Shown: piece after piece, positions 46,529-55,909 of the stretch | Numbering within the stretch: the first letter of the stretch is position 1 | How the letters are laid out: each line of letters starts with the position of its first letter | Assembly (NCBI GenBank): GCA_017545045.1 | Contig: JAFYDA010000056.1 | Location: 2,544 to 66,543 of the forward strand | Origin: Prevotella sp. | GTDB lineage: Bacteria > Bacteroidota > Bacteroidia > Bacteroidales > Bacteroidaceae | Direction: 5' to 3' | DNA: 64,000 nucleotides | Notes under the pieces: model-generated | Seen by the model: the letters and a program-made list of their open reading frames with translations, nothing else | The model's database searches: none | What the model was told of the DNA's origin: nothing | Made by a program: the position numbers and the translations under genes

Positions 46529-47032
46529 TTAGTAGCCATGATTGACCCGTTCGCTGAGCAGGTCGAAAAGCTCCTGTGGTTTCATATTGATGCCGGTAAT
46601 GTCGATATATTCATCGGCACCGGAAAACATTTTGGCAGCTATGCGTCCGAAGAAAGTAGGACTGAAAACCTTTTGTTTGTCTTTGTCTTTTTTGTAGTAG
46701 ACAAGAATGTCCCTTTCAAACGGTAATAGTATGTTGAACCGCGACAGCTCGAAATGATCCACATCCGAAAAACGTACAGTATGATTGGGATAATGAGGCC
46801 TGCTTTGGACGATACACTTGTCGTTGATGGTCAGATAGGGACGAAGCCTCACCTTCACCGTTTGAAACACTACGAACAGGCCAACTAAGCCAAAGCACAA
46901 ACCAACCGCCATCTCTCCCGGTCCACCATTTCTGTTGATGGAGTCAACAATACTGACGGCAAAAAGTGCCAGACAAACGATGGCTGCCAACAGGTTTTTC
47001 CAGAGAATACGATAGATTCTGATTTCTTCCAT
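46529..47032 (-). CDS. Hypothetical membrane protein (two TM helices plus soluble domain)
   Basis: Start at MEEIRI after promoter TACCTTTG at 47060-47067; visibly more AT-rich than its neighbours. Confidence 0.65.
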   Translation of the reverse strand: MEEIRIYRILWKNLLAAIVCLALFAVSIVDSINRNGGPGEMAVGLCFGLVGLFVVFQTVKVRLRPYLTINDKCIVQSRPHYPNHTVRFSDVDHFELSRFNILLPFERDILVYYKKDKDKQKVFSPTFFGRIAAKMFSGADEYIDITGINMKPQELFDLLSERVNHGY

Positions 47033-47198
47033 ATTCGAACTATTGCACTTTTGCGGCCACAAAGGTACGATTATTCTGTTTATCCACCAAATCTTGTGGT
47101 TCGCAATTATTTGCTTTTGTTCGCAGTCACGTCAAAGTGCACAAAAGTTCCCGTCCCGTTTGCGTTAATGTAAAATGAAAAAACTTACCACGGTGATT

Positions 47199-47303
47199 TT
47201 TCCCAAGGCCTGGGAACTTTCTGGGGAGGCGCTACAGAATTCTGTGGAGGCTCCCTGTGATTCTGGGGAGGCGCTACAGAAATCTGCGGAGGCTCCGCAG
47301 AAT
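47199..47303. repeat. Array 4 of 21-bp palindromic units (B-A-A-A-A)
   Basis: Units at 47199, 47220, 47241, 47262 and 47283. The last is the perfect TCTGCGGAGGCTCCGCAGA. Confidence 0.9.
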
Positions 47304-47320
47304 TGCGATGCTTTTTTCTG

Positions 47321-48346
47321 TTATTTTGCTAATAGTTTTCGTGCGAACTCTATGATGGTGTCTTCGCCGCGAAGGAGGTCCTGCTCGTCGAGACTGACGT
47401 AGTGGTGGGGCTCGATGCCGAACTCCGTTGACTGGTGCTGGGTGTCGTACATGGGTACGGCTGAGAAACGGACAATCCAGCCGTTGGGCAGCGAACTGCT
47501 GAAAGGCAGGCCGGCACCGCCACCGGTGCGGTCGCCGACAATCTTGACGTTAGGCAGCGACTTCATGTAGAGCGTGAACTCGTTGGCAGCAGAAAAGACG
47601 TGGCGGTTGGTGAGCACGCAGACGGGCTTCTGCCAGCGTATGGCTGCCGCAGGGTCGAGATAGCGCGGCTCCATGTCGGAGAAATCGCCGTGGCCCTTGC
47701 CTGTCTTGTGCTGTATGTAGCCTATGAGCGTGCGCTCGTTGGTGAAGCGCGAGGCAATCTTCTCGGCATTGGTGAGGTCGCCGCCGCCGTTGTTGCGGAT
47801 GTCGATAATCAGTCCGCGACACAGCAGGAGGTAGTTGATGGCTTCTGTCAGGTTGCCGCTGCCGACGCCATTGGTGAATGATTCGTAGCGTATGTAGCCG
47901 ATGTTGTCGTCCAGTACCTTATACTTCATTCCTGCGGCAATCTTGTAGTCGGTGCCGAGGTAGCGGCGCTCCAGGGTGTCGCTGTAGTTGGCGGGATAGT
48001 TCTCGAACCACTGCCAGTAGCGCGACAGGTCGTGGGCGGCTGACAGGTTGACGTGGCCGTCGCGCAGTTCGCTGAGCATGTTGCCTAATACTTCAAACAG
48101 TTGCTCGTTGGTCATGTTTCCATTGACCTGTGCCTTGTATTTGGCGTGAACCTGTTGCCAGTCCAGTCCGTATTCGTGCTGTTTATAGTCAAGGAAACAG
48201 TAGTGCTCGTCGATGATTTTCCACAGTGCCTCGAAGTTGCCCTGCGGCGTGTCGGGGAACTCGTCTTCGTCGACGCAGGCGGTGAGGGTTGCGGCGATGC
48301 CGCAACATACGAGACAAACGAGAAATTGGCGTAATGTCTTCTTCAT
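47321..48346 (-). CDS. S41 family peptidase lipoprotein
   Basis: Lipobox [31 protein letters not shown] and VGDRTGGG. True start is MKKTLR. Confidence 0.88.
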   Translation of the reverse strand: MKKTLRQFLVCLVCCGIAATLTACVDEDEFPDTPQGNFEALWKIIDEHYCFLDYKQHEYGLDWQQVHAKYKAQVNGNMTNEQLFEVLGNMLSELRDGHVNLSAAHDLSRYWQWFENYPANYSDTLERRYLGTDYKIAAGMKYKVLDDNIGYIRYESFTNGVGSGNLTEAINYLLLCRGLIIDIRNNGGGDLTNAEKIASRFTNERTLIGYIQHKTGKGHGDFSDMEPRYLDPAAAIRWQKPVCVLTNRHVFSAANEFTLYMKSLPNVKIVGDRTGGGAGLPFSSSLPNGWIVRFSAVPMYDTQHQSTEFGIEPHHYVSLDEQDLLRGEDTIIEFARKLLAK

Positions 48347-49155
48347 GGGCGGTTGGTGATGGTGAAGCTGCGCACAAAGCCTATCATCACGCGATGATGA
48401 TAGATGTGGGACTTCAGGTTGTTGACTGCTGCCTGCTGATAGTCGCCCAAATAACCGACACGCAGGGTCATCGAGCGGCTGACGGCACAGTTGAGGGTCA
48501 GGTGGTGGCGCAGGTTCGGAGCCGACACGAAGGTAGTGGGCACGATGTTGTTGTCGTAGTTGCCCCGCGAGAAGATTTCGTAATACGACTGTCCGTAGTT
48601 GGGGCTGAACATGATGCCGACAAGTGGCAGGTCGAGTTCGTAACTGACCGTCCACTGGCGTTTCAGCAGCGGGAACTGATAGCTTGCCCTGGCCGACGGC
48701 ATGACGTTCAGCGAGAGGCGTCCCTGTGCAGGATTGTTGGAATTGCTGGTGTTGTAGATGAAGCCGAGGTTCAGGGCTGCCAGTCCACCGGCCTGCAGCC
48801 GCAGGCGGGACATGTTCCACTCGTAGTAACGGCCGAGGCTGAACATGTAGTCGCCCTGTAGCTCGTTGACAGTTTCGGCACGGTCCTCGGCATTCGTGAC
48901 GTTCAGCTCGTGCTGCTTGACGGTCGTCCACGGGCTGTCGGGACGCTGGCGTGCTGTCTCTGTCAGCAGGGTGAGTCCGGTGCCTTTGAACTTCTCTTGC
49001 GACAGGTAGGTGTCGAGGATATGGGTCGGCCCTACGCCCACCTCGTAGCTATTGGTAAGCGTTTGGCTGCCTGCCGTTTGCTGCTGGCCGAAGGCGTTAA
49101 TGGCAACGGCTGTCAGCCAGAGAACCATAGAACTTGTTCTGCTAAAAGTCTTCAT
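48343..49155 (-). CDS. DUF3316-like outer-membrane beta-barrel protein
   Basis: Signal peptide, [13 protein letters not shown] and [13 protein letters not shown] motifs; coupled to parC and the S41 gene. Confidence 0.75.
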   Translation of the reverse strand: MKTFSRTSSMVLWLTAVAINAFGQQQTAGSQTLTNSYEVGVGPTHILDTYLSQEKFKGTGLTLLTETARQRPDSPWTTVKQHELNVTNAEDRAETVNELQGDYMFSLGRYYEWNMSRLRLQAGGLAALNLGFIYNTSNSNNPAQGRLSLNVMPSARASYQFPLLKRQWTVSYELDLPLVGIMFSPNYGQSYYEIFSRGNYDNNIVPTTFVSAPNLRHHLTLNCAVSRSMTLRVGYLGDYQQAAVNNLKSHIYHHRVMIGFVRSFTITNRP

Positions 49156-51847
49156 CGGAGAATAGGCTTGTCTGTCCGGTAATCTCGTCAATCACCTGCT
49201 GCTCGCTCTTTCCGGCATCGGGGTCGAGGTCTTCGGGATTCTCCGGACTTTCTTGATCGTCAGGATATTCCTGCTCTTCCGGGAATCGCACGGGTTCCAG
49301 TTCGGTGATGCTCTCAAGCTGGTAGGTCGTCAGACGCTTGCCCTTGGCCTTGAAGCCCTTGACGGCAATGAACTGTTCGACGTCTATCTCCTCGCTGCCG
49401 CGGAACTCATCGGCCCCGCCGTAGGTCAGCTGAATGCGGGGATAGACAACGTCTGTCAGCAGCACGAGCTTCGACAGGGGATTCTCACCGAGGAAGTTCT
49501 GCTTGCGCTTGGTGGACTCCATGATGAAACGCTTCAGGTAGGGGTAGCCTTGGTTGTCGGCATCCCACAGCACGGCGCTCCACACCTTGTCGGCATCGAA
49601 TTTCTCAATGCGCAGGATGTTCTCTTCGTAGTGATTGTTCACGTCGAAGTTGCTCAGGTAGAAGTCGCCGTTCTTCAACACCACCAGAATCTGGTCGTCG
49701 TCGAAGAACTCGCCGAGCAGCCGTCCGTGCTCGTCATAGTTCAGTCGGTTCACGTCGGGATCGTACCACACTTTGCGGCCGCCCAGTGTGGAGTGACCGT
49801 GGCTCTTCAGCCCGATGCGGTGTACGGCGTTGCGCGTCAGCAGGTTGCCCTTCGAGGCGCGGCCCTTGATGATAACCTCTGAGAAGTCCTTGTCTATAAA
49901 AATCTTCTTCAGCTTTGGATTGGGGTCGAGCGTCACCTTAATAATCTCAGCTTCGCCGTTGGGGTTGGCGGTGAAGTACATCACCTTTGAGCCGGGCGTA
50001 CCCTGCGTCAGGTCGTACTCCTTGTCGCGGGTCATGCTGGTCACGTTGAAACGTTTGATGAAATAGGCACCCTTCTTGCCGTCGCGGTACACTACATTAT
50101 ATATGGTACGCGTATCATTCTTCTTGAACACCTGCAGATGGAGCACGTTCTTGCCGACAAACAGCTTGTCGGCCACGCGCACCACCTTGTACTTGCCGTC
50201 GCGGTAAAAGATGATGATGTCATCGATGTCGGAGCAGTTGCACACGAACTCGTCCTTCTTCAGGCCAGTGCCGATGAAGCCGTCCGTGCGGTTGATGTAC
50301 AGTTTCTGGTTGGCTTCGGCCACCTTCGTAGCTTCGATGGTGTCGAAATTGCGGATTTCGGTCAGTCGTGGGTGGTCTTTTCCGTACTTGTCCTTGAGGA
50401 ACTGGAACCAGTCGGCGGTCACTTCCGTGAGGTTGGCCAGGTCGCGGTCGATTTCTTCAATCTCCGCCTTGATGCGAGCCATCAGCTCTTCGGCCTTTTC
50501 CTTGTTGAACTTCAGGATGCGCTGCATCTTGATTTCCAGCAGCTTCAGGATGTCGTCTTTCGTCACCTCGCGGACGAGGGTGGGGTAGTAGGGCGTCAGA
50601 CGGTCGTCGATGTGCTCGCATACCTTGTCCACGTTGGGGGCCTCTTCAAACTTCTTGTCCTTGTAGATGCGTTCCTCAATAAAGATTTTCTCCAGCGAGC
50701 AGAAATGATACTGCTCCAGCAGTTCGCCCTTGCGGATTTCCAGCTCCTGGCGAATCAGGTCTTTCGTGCGTTCCACGCTATGACGTAACACGTCGCTAAT
50801 GGTGAGGAACTGCGGCTTCTGGTCGCTAATGACGCAGCAGTTGGGCGAAATGTTAATCTCGCAGTCGGTGAAAGCGTAGAGTGCGTCGAGAGTCTTGTCG
50901 GAACTGACACCGGGCATGAGATGAATCTGTATTTCAACTTGTGCCGACGTCAGGTCGTCCACGTGGCGGGCCTTGATCTTTCCTTTCTCGATGGCTTTCT
51001 TGATGCTGTCAATCAGACTGTCGACGGTCTTTGAGTAGGGCAGGTCGCGGATGACCAGTGTCTTCTGGTCGAGTTTTTCAATTTTTGCGCGCACCTTCAA
51101 TACACCGCCACGCTGGCCGTCGTTGTATTTTGATACGTCAATGGAACCGCCGGTCTGGAAGTCGGGATAGAGATGGAACTCCTGACCGTGCAGGTATTGG
51201 ATGGCGGCATCGCAGATTTCGTTGAAGTTATGGGGAAGGATTTTGGATGACAGTCCCACGGCGATGCCCTCGGCTCCCTGGGCTATCAACAGCGGGAATT
51301 TCACGGGTAGCGTGATGGGCTCCTTGTTGCGACCGTCGTAGGAGAGCTGCCACTCGGTGGTCTTGGGGTTGAAGACGGTGTCCAGTGCGAACTTCGAGAG
51401 TCGTGCCTCGATGTAACGTGGTGCGGCGGCGCGGTCGCCCGTCAGGATGTTGCCCCAGTTGCCCTGCGTGTCGATAAGCAGGTCTTTCTGGCCCAGCTGC
51501 ACCAGTGCGTCGCCTATGGAGGCGTCGCCGTGGGGGTGGAACTGCATGGTGTGGCCCACGATGTTGGCCACCTTATTATAACGTCCGTCATCCATACGCT
51601 TCATGGAGTGCATGATGCGGCGCTGTACGGGCTTGAAGCCGTCTTCTATGTTAGGAACGGCACGCTCTAAGATAACGTATGAGGCGTAGTCGAGGAACCA
51701 GTTCTGGTACATACCGCTGAGGTGGTGAACGGCCGCAGCGTCAAAACGGTTCACGGGCTTGTAGTCGGAGTGTGCCTCTTGGGAGTCTGGCGTCTCCGCG
51801 CCCTCCGTTTTCTCCGTGTCCTCTGTGTTCAGTATTTCGTCGTCCAT
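49142..51847 (-). CDS. parC: DNA topoisomerase IV subunit A
   Basis: [17 protein letters not shown] and [10 protein letters not shown] (catalytic Tyr); Bacteroidetes ParC type. Confidence 0.9.
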   Translation of the reverse strand: MDDEILNTEDTEKTEGAETPDSQEAHSDYKPVNRFDAAAVHHLSGMYQNWFLDYASYVILERAVPNIEDGFKPVQRRIMHSMKRMDDGRYNKVANIVGHTMQFHPHGDASIGDALVQLGQKDLLIDTQGNWGNILTGDRAAAPRYIEARLSKFALDTVFNPKTTEWQLSYDGRNKEPITLPVKFPLLIAQGAEGIAVGLSSKILPHNFNEICDAAIQYLHGQEFHLYPDFQTGGSIDVSKYNDGQRGGVLKVRAKIEKLDQKTLVIRDLPYSKTVDSLIDSIKKAIEKGKIKARHVDDLTSAQVEIQIHLMPGVSSDKTLDALYAFTDCEINISPNCCVISDQKPQFLTISDVLRHSVERTKDLIRQELEIRKGELLEQYHFCSLEKIFIEERIYKDKKFEEAPNVDKVCEHIDDRLTPYYPTLVREVTKDDILKLLEIKMQRILKFNKEKAEELMARIKAEIEEIDRDLANLTEVTADWFQFLKDKYGKDHPRLTEIRNFDTIEATKVAEANQKLYINRTDGFIGTGLKKDEFVCNCSDIDDIIIFYRDGKYKVVRVADKLFVGKNVLHLQVFKKNDTRTIYNVVYRDGKKGAYFIKRFNVTSMTRDKEYDLTQGTPGSKVMYFTANPNGEAEIIKVTLDPNPKLKKIFIDKDFSEVIIKGRASKGNLLTRNAVHRIGLKSHGHSTLGGRKVWYDPDVNRLNYDEHGRLLGEFFDDDQILVVLKNGDFYLSNFDVNNHYEENILRIEKFDADKVWSAVLWDADNQGYPYLKRFIMESTKRKQNFLGENPLSKLVLLTDVVYPRIQLTYGGADEFRGSEEIDVEQFIAVKGFKAKGKRLTTYQLESITELEPVRFPEEQEYPDDQESPENPEDLDPDAGKSEQQVIDEITGQTSLFSDEDF

Positions 51848-51923
51848 AATCTTGTTTTAGGTTTTCGTGAGGCAAAGTTACGAAAAAAGTTGAAAAAAGC
51901 TGAAAAACATACATTATTTAACG

Positions 51924-51958
51924 AAAAAAAAACAGGTCACATCATCTTTGTGACCTGT
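51924..51958 (-). terminator. Intrinsic terminator after tRNA-Val(CAC)
   Basis: ACAGGTCACA-loop-TGTGACCTGT followed by a T-run on the minus strand. Confidence 0.8.
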
Positions 51959-51964
51959 CTTTCG

Positions 51965-52039
51965 TAGGGACACCCGGGCTCGAACCGGGGACCTCTGCAA
52001 TGTGACTGCAGCGCTCTAAACCAACTGGGCTATGCCCCT
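51965..52039 (-). tRNA. tRNA-Val (CAC)
   Basis: AGGGGCATAGCCCAGTTGGTTTAGAGCG-CTGCA-GTCACAT-TGCAG...GGTTCGAGCC...TGTCCCTA; promoter TACCTTTG at 52060-52067. Confidence 0.88.
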
Positions 52040-52132
52040 ATCTTTGCTGTTAGCGGGTGCAAAGGTACGATATTTAAGTGAAAAGAGGAAGTTGAAGCAT
52101 GAAAAAATGCCGTGACTTATGTTTTTTTAACG

Positions 52133-52172
52133 TTTAACGGCCGCTACAATTCTTGTTGTGGCGGCCGTTAAA
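52133..52172. terminator. Hairpin downstream of the 52191-52550 gene
   Basis: TTTAACGGCCGCTACAA ... TTGTGGCGGCCGTTAAA. Confidence 0.7.
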
Positions 52173-52190
52173 AACGAACAATCTTATTTT

Positions 52191-52550
52191 TTACCTTCTG
52201 AATTTATTCTGCAGCGTGGCACTCAGCAGTTTCATGTAGGTATCGTACTGTTTGTCGTTCAGCACGTGGCGCATGTTGTGCGCATCTTTCATGAGTGCTT
52301 TGTGAACGAGCGTCCCGCGCTCAAATCTCCGTGCAGTAGCTGCCGTTGCTAAGTCTTCGTTCAGATTGTCGCTGATAATCTTGACAGCTTCCATCTGGTT
52401 AGCATCCAAGTCGAGTGTGACGGCCAGGCGGCGCATGTCAAAAGTGATGCTGTAATTCTCTGCATTTCTCACTGGAGCGAAATGCTCTGTCTTTGCATAC
52501 CCAAGGGTCATTGTCATGGCGGCTACTACCGTTAAAATCGTTTTTTTCAT
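52191..52550 (-). CDS. Small secreted helical hypothetical protein
   Basis: Signal peptide MKKTIL...GYA, with LDLDANQ and LNDKQY motifs. Confidence 0.75.
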   Translation of the reverse strand: MKKTILTVVAAMTMTLGYAKTEHFAPVRNAENYSITFDMRRLAVTLDLDANQMEAVKIISDNLNEDLATAATARRFERGTLVHKALMKDAHNMRHVLNDKQYDTYMKLLSATLQNKFRR

Positions 52551-52756
52551 AATCTGTTCCTTTCTTTTTTATTTTTAGTTGTTATCCTGATAATTGTTTT
52601 GTTTGTTATCCTGAGGTTTGTTATCCTGTTTCTGTCTCTTTGACGCACCAGAATCCAAAAGGTTTAAAAACGTCTAAACTTTTTGTTCAATTCAATTTAA
52701 ATATGTACCTTTGCACCCAAATATAATAATGATATAGTAAAAAAGTAAATTTCTTT

Positions 52757-54295
52757 ATGGCACAAGAAGATGTTTTTAAGAAAATTGTAAGCCATTGTAA
52801 GGAGTATGGCTTCGTATTCCCCTCAAGTGAAATCTATGATGGTTTAGGAGCCGTGTACGACTACGGTCAGAACGGCGTGGAGTTGAAGAATAACATTAAG
52901 CAGTACTGGTGGAAGGCTATGACGATGCTGCACGAGAATATCGTAGGTATCGACAGCGCCATCTTTATGCACCCCACGATATGGAAGGCATCAGGACACG
53001 TGGATGCTTTCAACGATCCCCTGATCGATAACCGCGATTCAAAGAAGCGCTATCGTGCTGACGTGCTGATTGAGGATCAGATTGCCAAATACGACGAGAA
53101 GATCCAGAAGGAAGTGGAGAAGGCTCGTAAGCGCTTTGGCGACAGCTTCGATGAGGCTAAGTATTTGGAAACTTCTGAGCGCGTAAAGGAGACCAAGGAG
53201 AAGCGTGACGCACTGCACGCCCGTTATGCTGCTGCCATGCAGGGTCCGGATCTTGACGAACTGAAGCAGATCATCCTTGACGAGGGGATTGTTTGCCCCA
53301 TCAGCGGAACCCGCAACTGGACCGATGTTCGTCAGTTCAACCTGATGTTCTCTACGGAGATGGGTGCCAGTGCTGATGCATCGATGAAGATCTACCTGCG
53401 TCCTGAGACCGCTCAGGGTATCTTCGTGAACTACCTGAACGTGCAGAAAACTGGTCGTATGAAGATTCCTTTCGGTATCGCCCAGATTGGTAAGGCTTTC
53501 CGTAACGAGATTGTGGCTCGTCAATTCATCTTCCGTATGCGCGAGTTCGAGCAGATGGAGATGCAGTTCTTCGTTCAGCCTGGCACGGAGCTGGAGTGGT
53601 TCCCGAAGTGGAAGGAGACGCGTATGAAGTGGCACCAGGCCTTAGGCTTCGGTGCAGAGAACTACCGTTTCCACGACCACGACAAGCTGGCTCACTATGC
53701 TAACGCCGCTACCGACATCGAGTTCAAGATGCCGTTCGGCTTCAAGGAGGTTGAGGGTATCCACTCTCGCACGAACTTCGACCTCTCGCAGCACGAGAAA
53801 TACTCTGGCAAAAGCATCAAGTACTTCGATCCTCAGACCAACGAGAGCTATACCCCGTACGTCATTGAGACCTCTATCGGTGTGGACCGTATGTTCCTGA
53901 GTATCATGTGCCACGCTTATGAGGAGGAGAAACTGGAGAACGGTGAGACCCGCGTCGTGCTGAAGTTGCCCGCAGCCTTGGCTCCTATCAAGTGCGCTGT
54001 GATGCCATTGGTGAAGAAGGACAGTCTGCCCGAGAAGGCTCGCGAGATCATCGATCAGCTGAAGTTCCACTTCAATTGTCAGTATGACGAGAAGGATTCT
54101 ATCGGTAAGCGCTATCGTCGTCAGGATGCTATTGGTACGCCATATTGCGTCACCGTTGACCACGATACCCTCACCGATGGTTGTGTCACCCTGCGTTTCC
54201 GCGACACGATGGAGCAGGAGCGTGTGGCCATCAGCGAGCTGAACAGCATCATTGAGGACAAAGTGAGCATTGCATCTCTCCTGAAGAAACTTTAA
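52757..54295 (+). CDS. glyQS: Glycine--tRNA ligase (alpha2 type)
   Basis: WKASGHVD, LRPETAQG, FRNEI, REFEQME and SIGKRYRRQD; promoter TACCTTTG at 52706-52713. Confidence 0.96.
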   Translation: MAQEDVFKKIVSHCKEYGFVFPSSEIYDGLGAVYDYGQNGVELKNNIKQYWWKAMTMLHENIVGIDSAIFMHPTIWKASGHVDAFNDPLIDNRDSKKRYRADVLIEDQIAKYDEKIQKEVEKARKRFGDSFDEAKYLETSERVKETKEKRDALHARYAAAMQGPDLDELKQIILDEGIVCPISGTRNWTDVRQFNLMFSTEMGASADASMKIYLRPETAQGIFVNYLNVQKTGRMKIPFGIAQIGKAFRNEIVARQFIFRMREFEQMEMQFFVQPGTELEWFPKWKETRMKWHQALGFGAENYRFHDHDKLAHYANAATDIEFKMPFGFKEVEGIHSRTNFDLSQHEKYSGKSIKYFDPQTNESYTPYVIETSIGVDRMFLSIMCHAYEEEKLENGETRVVLKLPAALAPIKCAVMPLVKKDSLPEKAREIIDQLKFHFNCQYDEKDSIGKRYRRQDAIGTPYCVTVDHDTLTDGCVTLRFRDTMEQERVAISELNSIIEDKVSIASLLKKL

Positions 54296-54310
54296 AGTGA
54301 AGAACGAAGA

Positions 54311-55018
54311 ATGAAGAGTGAAATATACTGGCAGGACAGGAAACTGAGGAGGAAGGTCTGGAGTGTGACGAGATGTTTGCTGTGCGCGGCATTCTTCACT
54401 CTTCACTCTTCACTTTTCATTTCCTGCAGTGAGTCCGACGACGACGAGACGACGAACGAATTTGCTAATTGGCAACAGCGCAACGAGGCTTACTTTGCTT
54501 CGTTGGAGGATTCCCTGAACCATGGCGGTGCCACGTGGAAGAAAATTAAATCTTTCACCAAGGACGAGAACACTGCCGGCATTCTTACAGACTATATTTA
54601 TGTGAAGGTGCTGGAGCCTAATACGGCTGCAGATACAGGGTCGCCCATCTATACCGACAGTGTCCGCGTGGCCTACCGGGGCCGGCTGATACCCTCGGTG
54701 AGCTATCCGCAGGGCCTTGTGTTCGACCAGACCTACATAGGCGATTATGACATCAGGACGTTGAATGTTTCTGACATGCAGGTGAAAGACTGTTTCGTCA
54801 TCGGCTTCTCCACAGCCCTTATGCACATGACCCGTGGCGACCATTGGCGCGTCTTCATCCCTTATCAGTTGGCTTATGGGACGACAGCTACTGATGCCAT
54901 TCCCGCTTATTCGACACTGATCTTCGACATTGCGCTCATTGACTTCCATAAGAACAATGAACAATGGTTTTATCCCTGGTATGCCCGGATGCAACAGGGG
55001 GAATGTTTTTTTCCGTAA
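54311..55018 (+). CDS. FKBP-type peptidyl-prolyl isomerase lipoprotein
   Basis: Lipobox FISC, VAYRGRL, VFD, IPYQLAYG and IPAYSTLIFDI. Confidence 0.85.
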   Translation: MKSEIYWQDRKLRRKVWSVTRCLLCAAFFTLHSSLFISCSESDDDETTNEFANWQQRNEAYFASLEDSLNHGGATWKKIKSFTKDENTAGILTDYIYVKVLEPNTAADTGSPIYTDSVRVAYRGRLIPSVSYPQGLVFDQTYIGDYDIRTLNVSDMQVKDCFVIGFSTALMHMTRGDHWRVFIPYQLAYGTTATDAIPAYSTLIFDIALIDFHKNNEQWFYPWYARMQQGECFFP

Positions 55019-55024
55019 AAGCCT

Positions 55025-55864
55025 ATGCAGAAATACGCTGACTATATCAAGAGAATAGAGATTGACGCACTCTGGAGCGGCAAGAAGCACATTGTGTGGG
55101 ACTTGTCGCCACGGGTGAATATTCTTAGCGGCATCAACGGTCAGGGCAAGTCGACCATCATCAACAAAGTGGTGAAGGGACTGGCGCAGGGTGGAGAATT
55201 CTCCAGTCACATGCTGAAAGGCGTGAAAATCAACGTGGAGCCCGAAGATGCCCGCTGGATTCGCTACGATATGATACGCTCGCTCGACTCCAGCCTGTCG
55301 CAGCTTTTCATTGGTGAGGAGGGTACGCTGCGCCAAGTGCTGCCCGTTCTCAAGGACGGCGGCGGCAGTCTGCTCGACTTCCAGCTCTATCAGCTTCAGC
55401 GCAAGTATCTTGACTATCAGGTGAACATTGGCAACCGCATCATCGATCAGTTGCAGACGGGCAATATGAATGCCGCACAGTTGTTGAGCCAGAAGAAGAC
55501 GCGCTTTCAGGACATTCTCGACGACTTGTTCCAGGAAACAGGAAAGAAGATCGTGCGTACAGAAAACGAAATCCGGTTCTCTCAGATAGGCGAGGTGCTC
55601 ATGCCCTACCAACTGTCGTCGGGCGAGAAGCAGATGCTTGTCATACTGCTCACCGTCCTTGTAGAGGATGAGCAGCCCTGCGTACTGTTCATGGACGAGC
55701 CCGAGGTGTCGCTGCACATAGAGTGGCAGAAAAGACTCATCGACCTCTGCCTGGAACTCAACCCCCATGTGCAGATAATCCTGACTACCCACTCGCCTGC
55801 CGTCATCATGAACGGCTGGGTGGACGCAGTCACTGAGGTGAGCGACATCACCTTGGCCCCCTAA
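55025..55864 (+). CDS. Soluble ABC/AAA_21-type ATPase
   Basis: Walker A GINGQGKS, signature LSSGEKQ, Walker B LFMDEPE and H-loop TTHS; no TM partner nearby. Confidence 0.88.
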   Translation: MQKYADYIKRIEIDALWSGKKHIVWDLSPRVNILSGINGQGKSTIINKVVKGLAQGGEFSSHMLKGVKINVEPEDARWIRYDMIRSLDSSLSQLFIGEEGTLRQVLPVLKDGGGSLLDFQLYQLQRKYLDYQVNIGNRIIDQLQTGNMNAAQLLSQKKTRFQDILDDLFQETGKKIVRTENEIRFSQIGEVLMPYQLSSGEKQMLVILLTVLVEDEQPCVLFMDEPEVSLHIEWQKRLIDLCLELNPHVQIILTTHSPAVIMNGWVDAVTEVSDITLAP

Positions 55865-55909
55865 GTTGGGACGACAGAGGCCTGAACAAGCGCAGGCCCC
55901 ATATTGCCT

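Noticed and set aside
47175-47402. Short ORFs with 7-aa repeats across the arrays (also 7202-7414, 23275-23676, 23548-23739)
   Set aside because: These are by-products of the stop-free 21-bp period. They overlap real genes and occur on both strands.
48347-48931. N-terminal extension of the 536-aa S41 ORF
   Set aside because: It overlaps the DUF3316 gene in another frame. The lipoprotein signal begins at 48346.
54410-55792. 460-aa antisense ORF and the many other long shadow ORFs
   Set aside because: They lie opposite well-supported genes, have no motifs, and are expected from codon bias.
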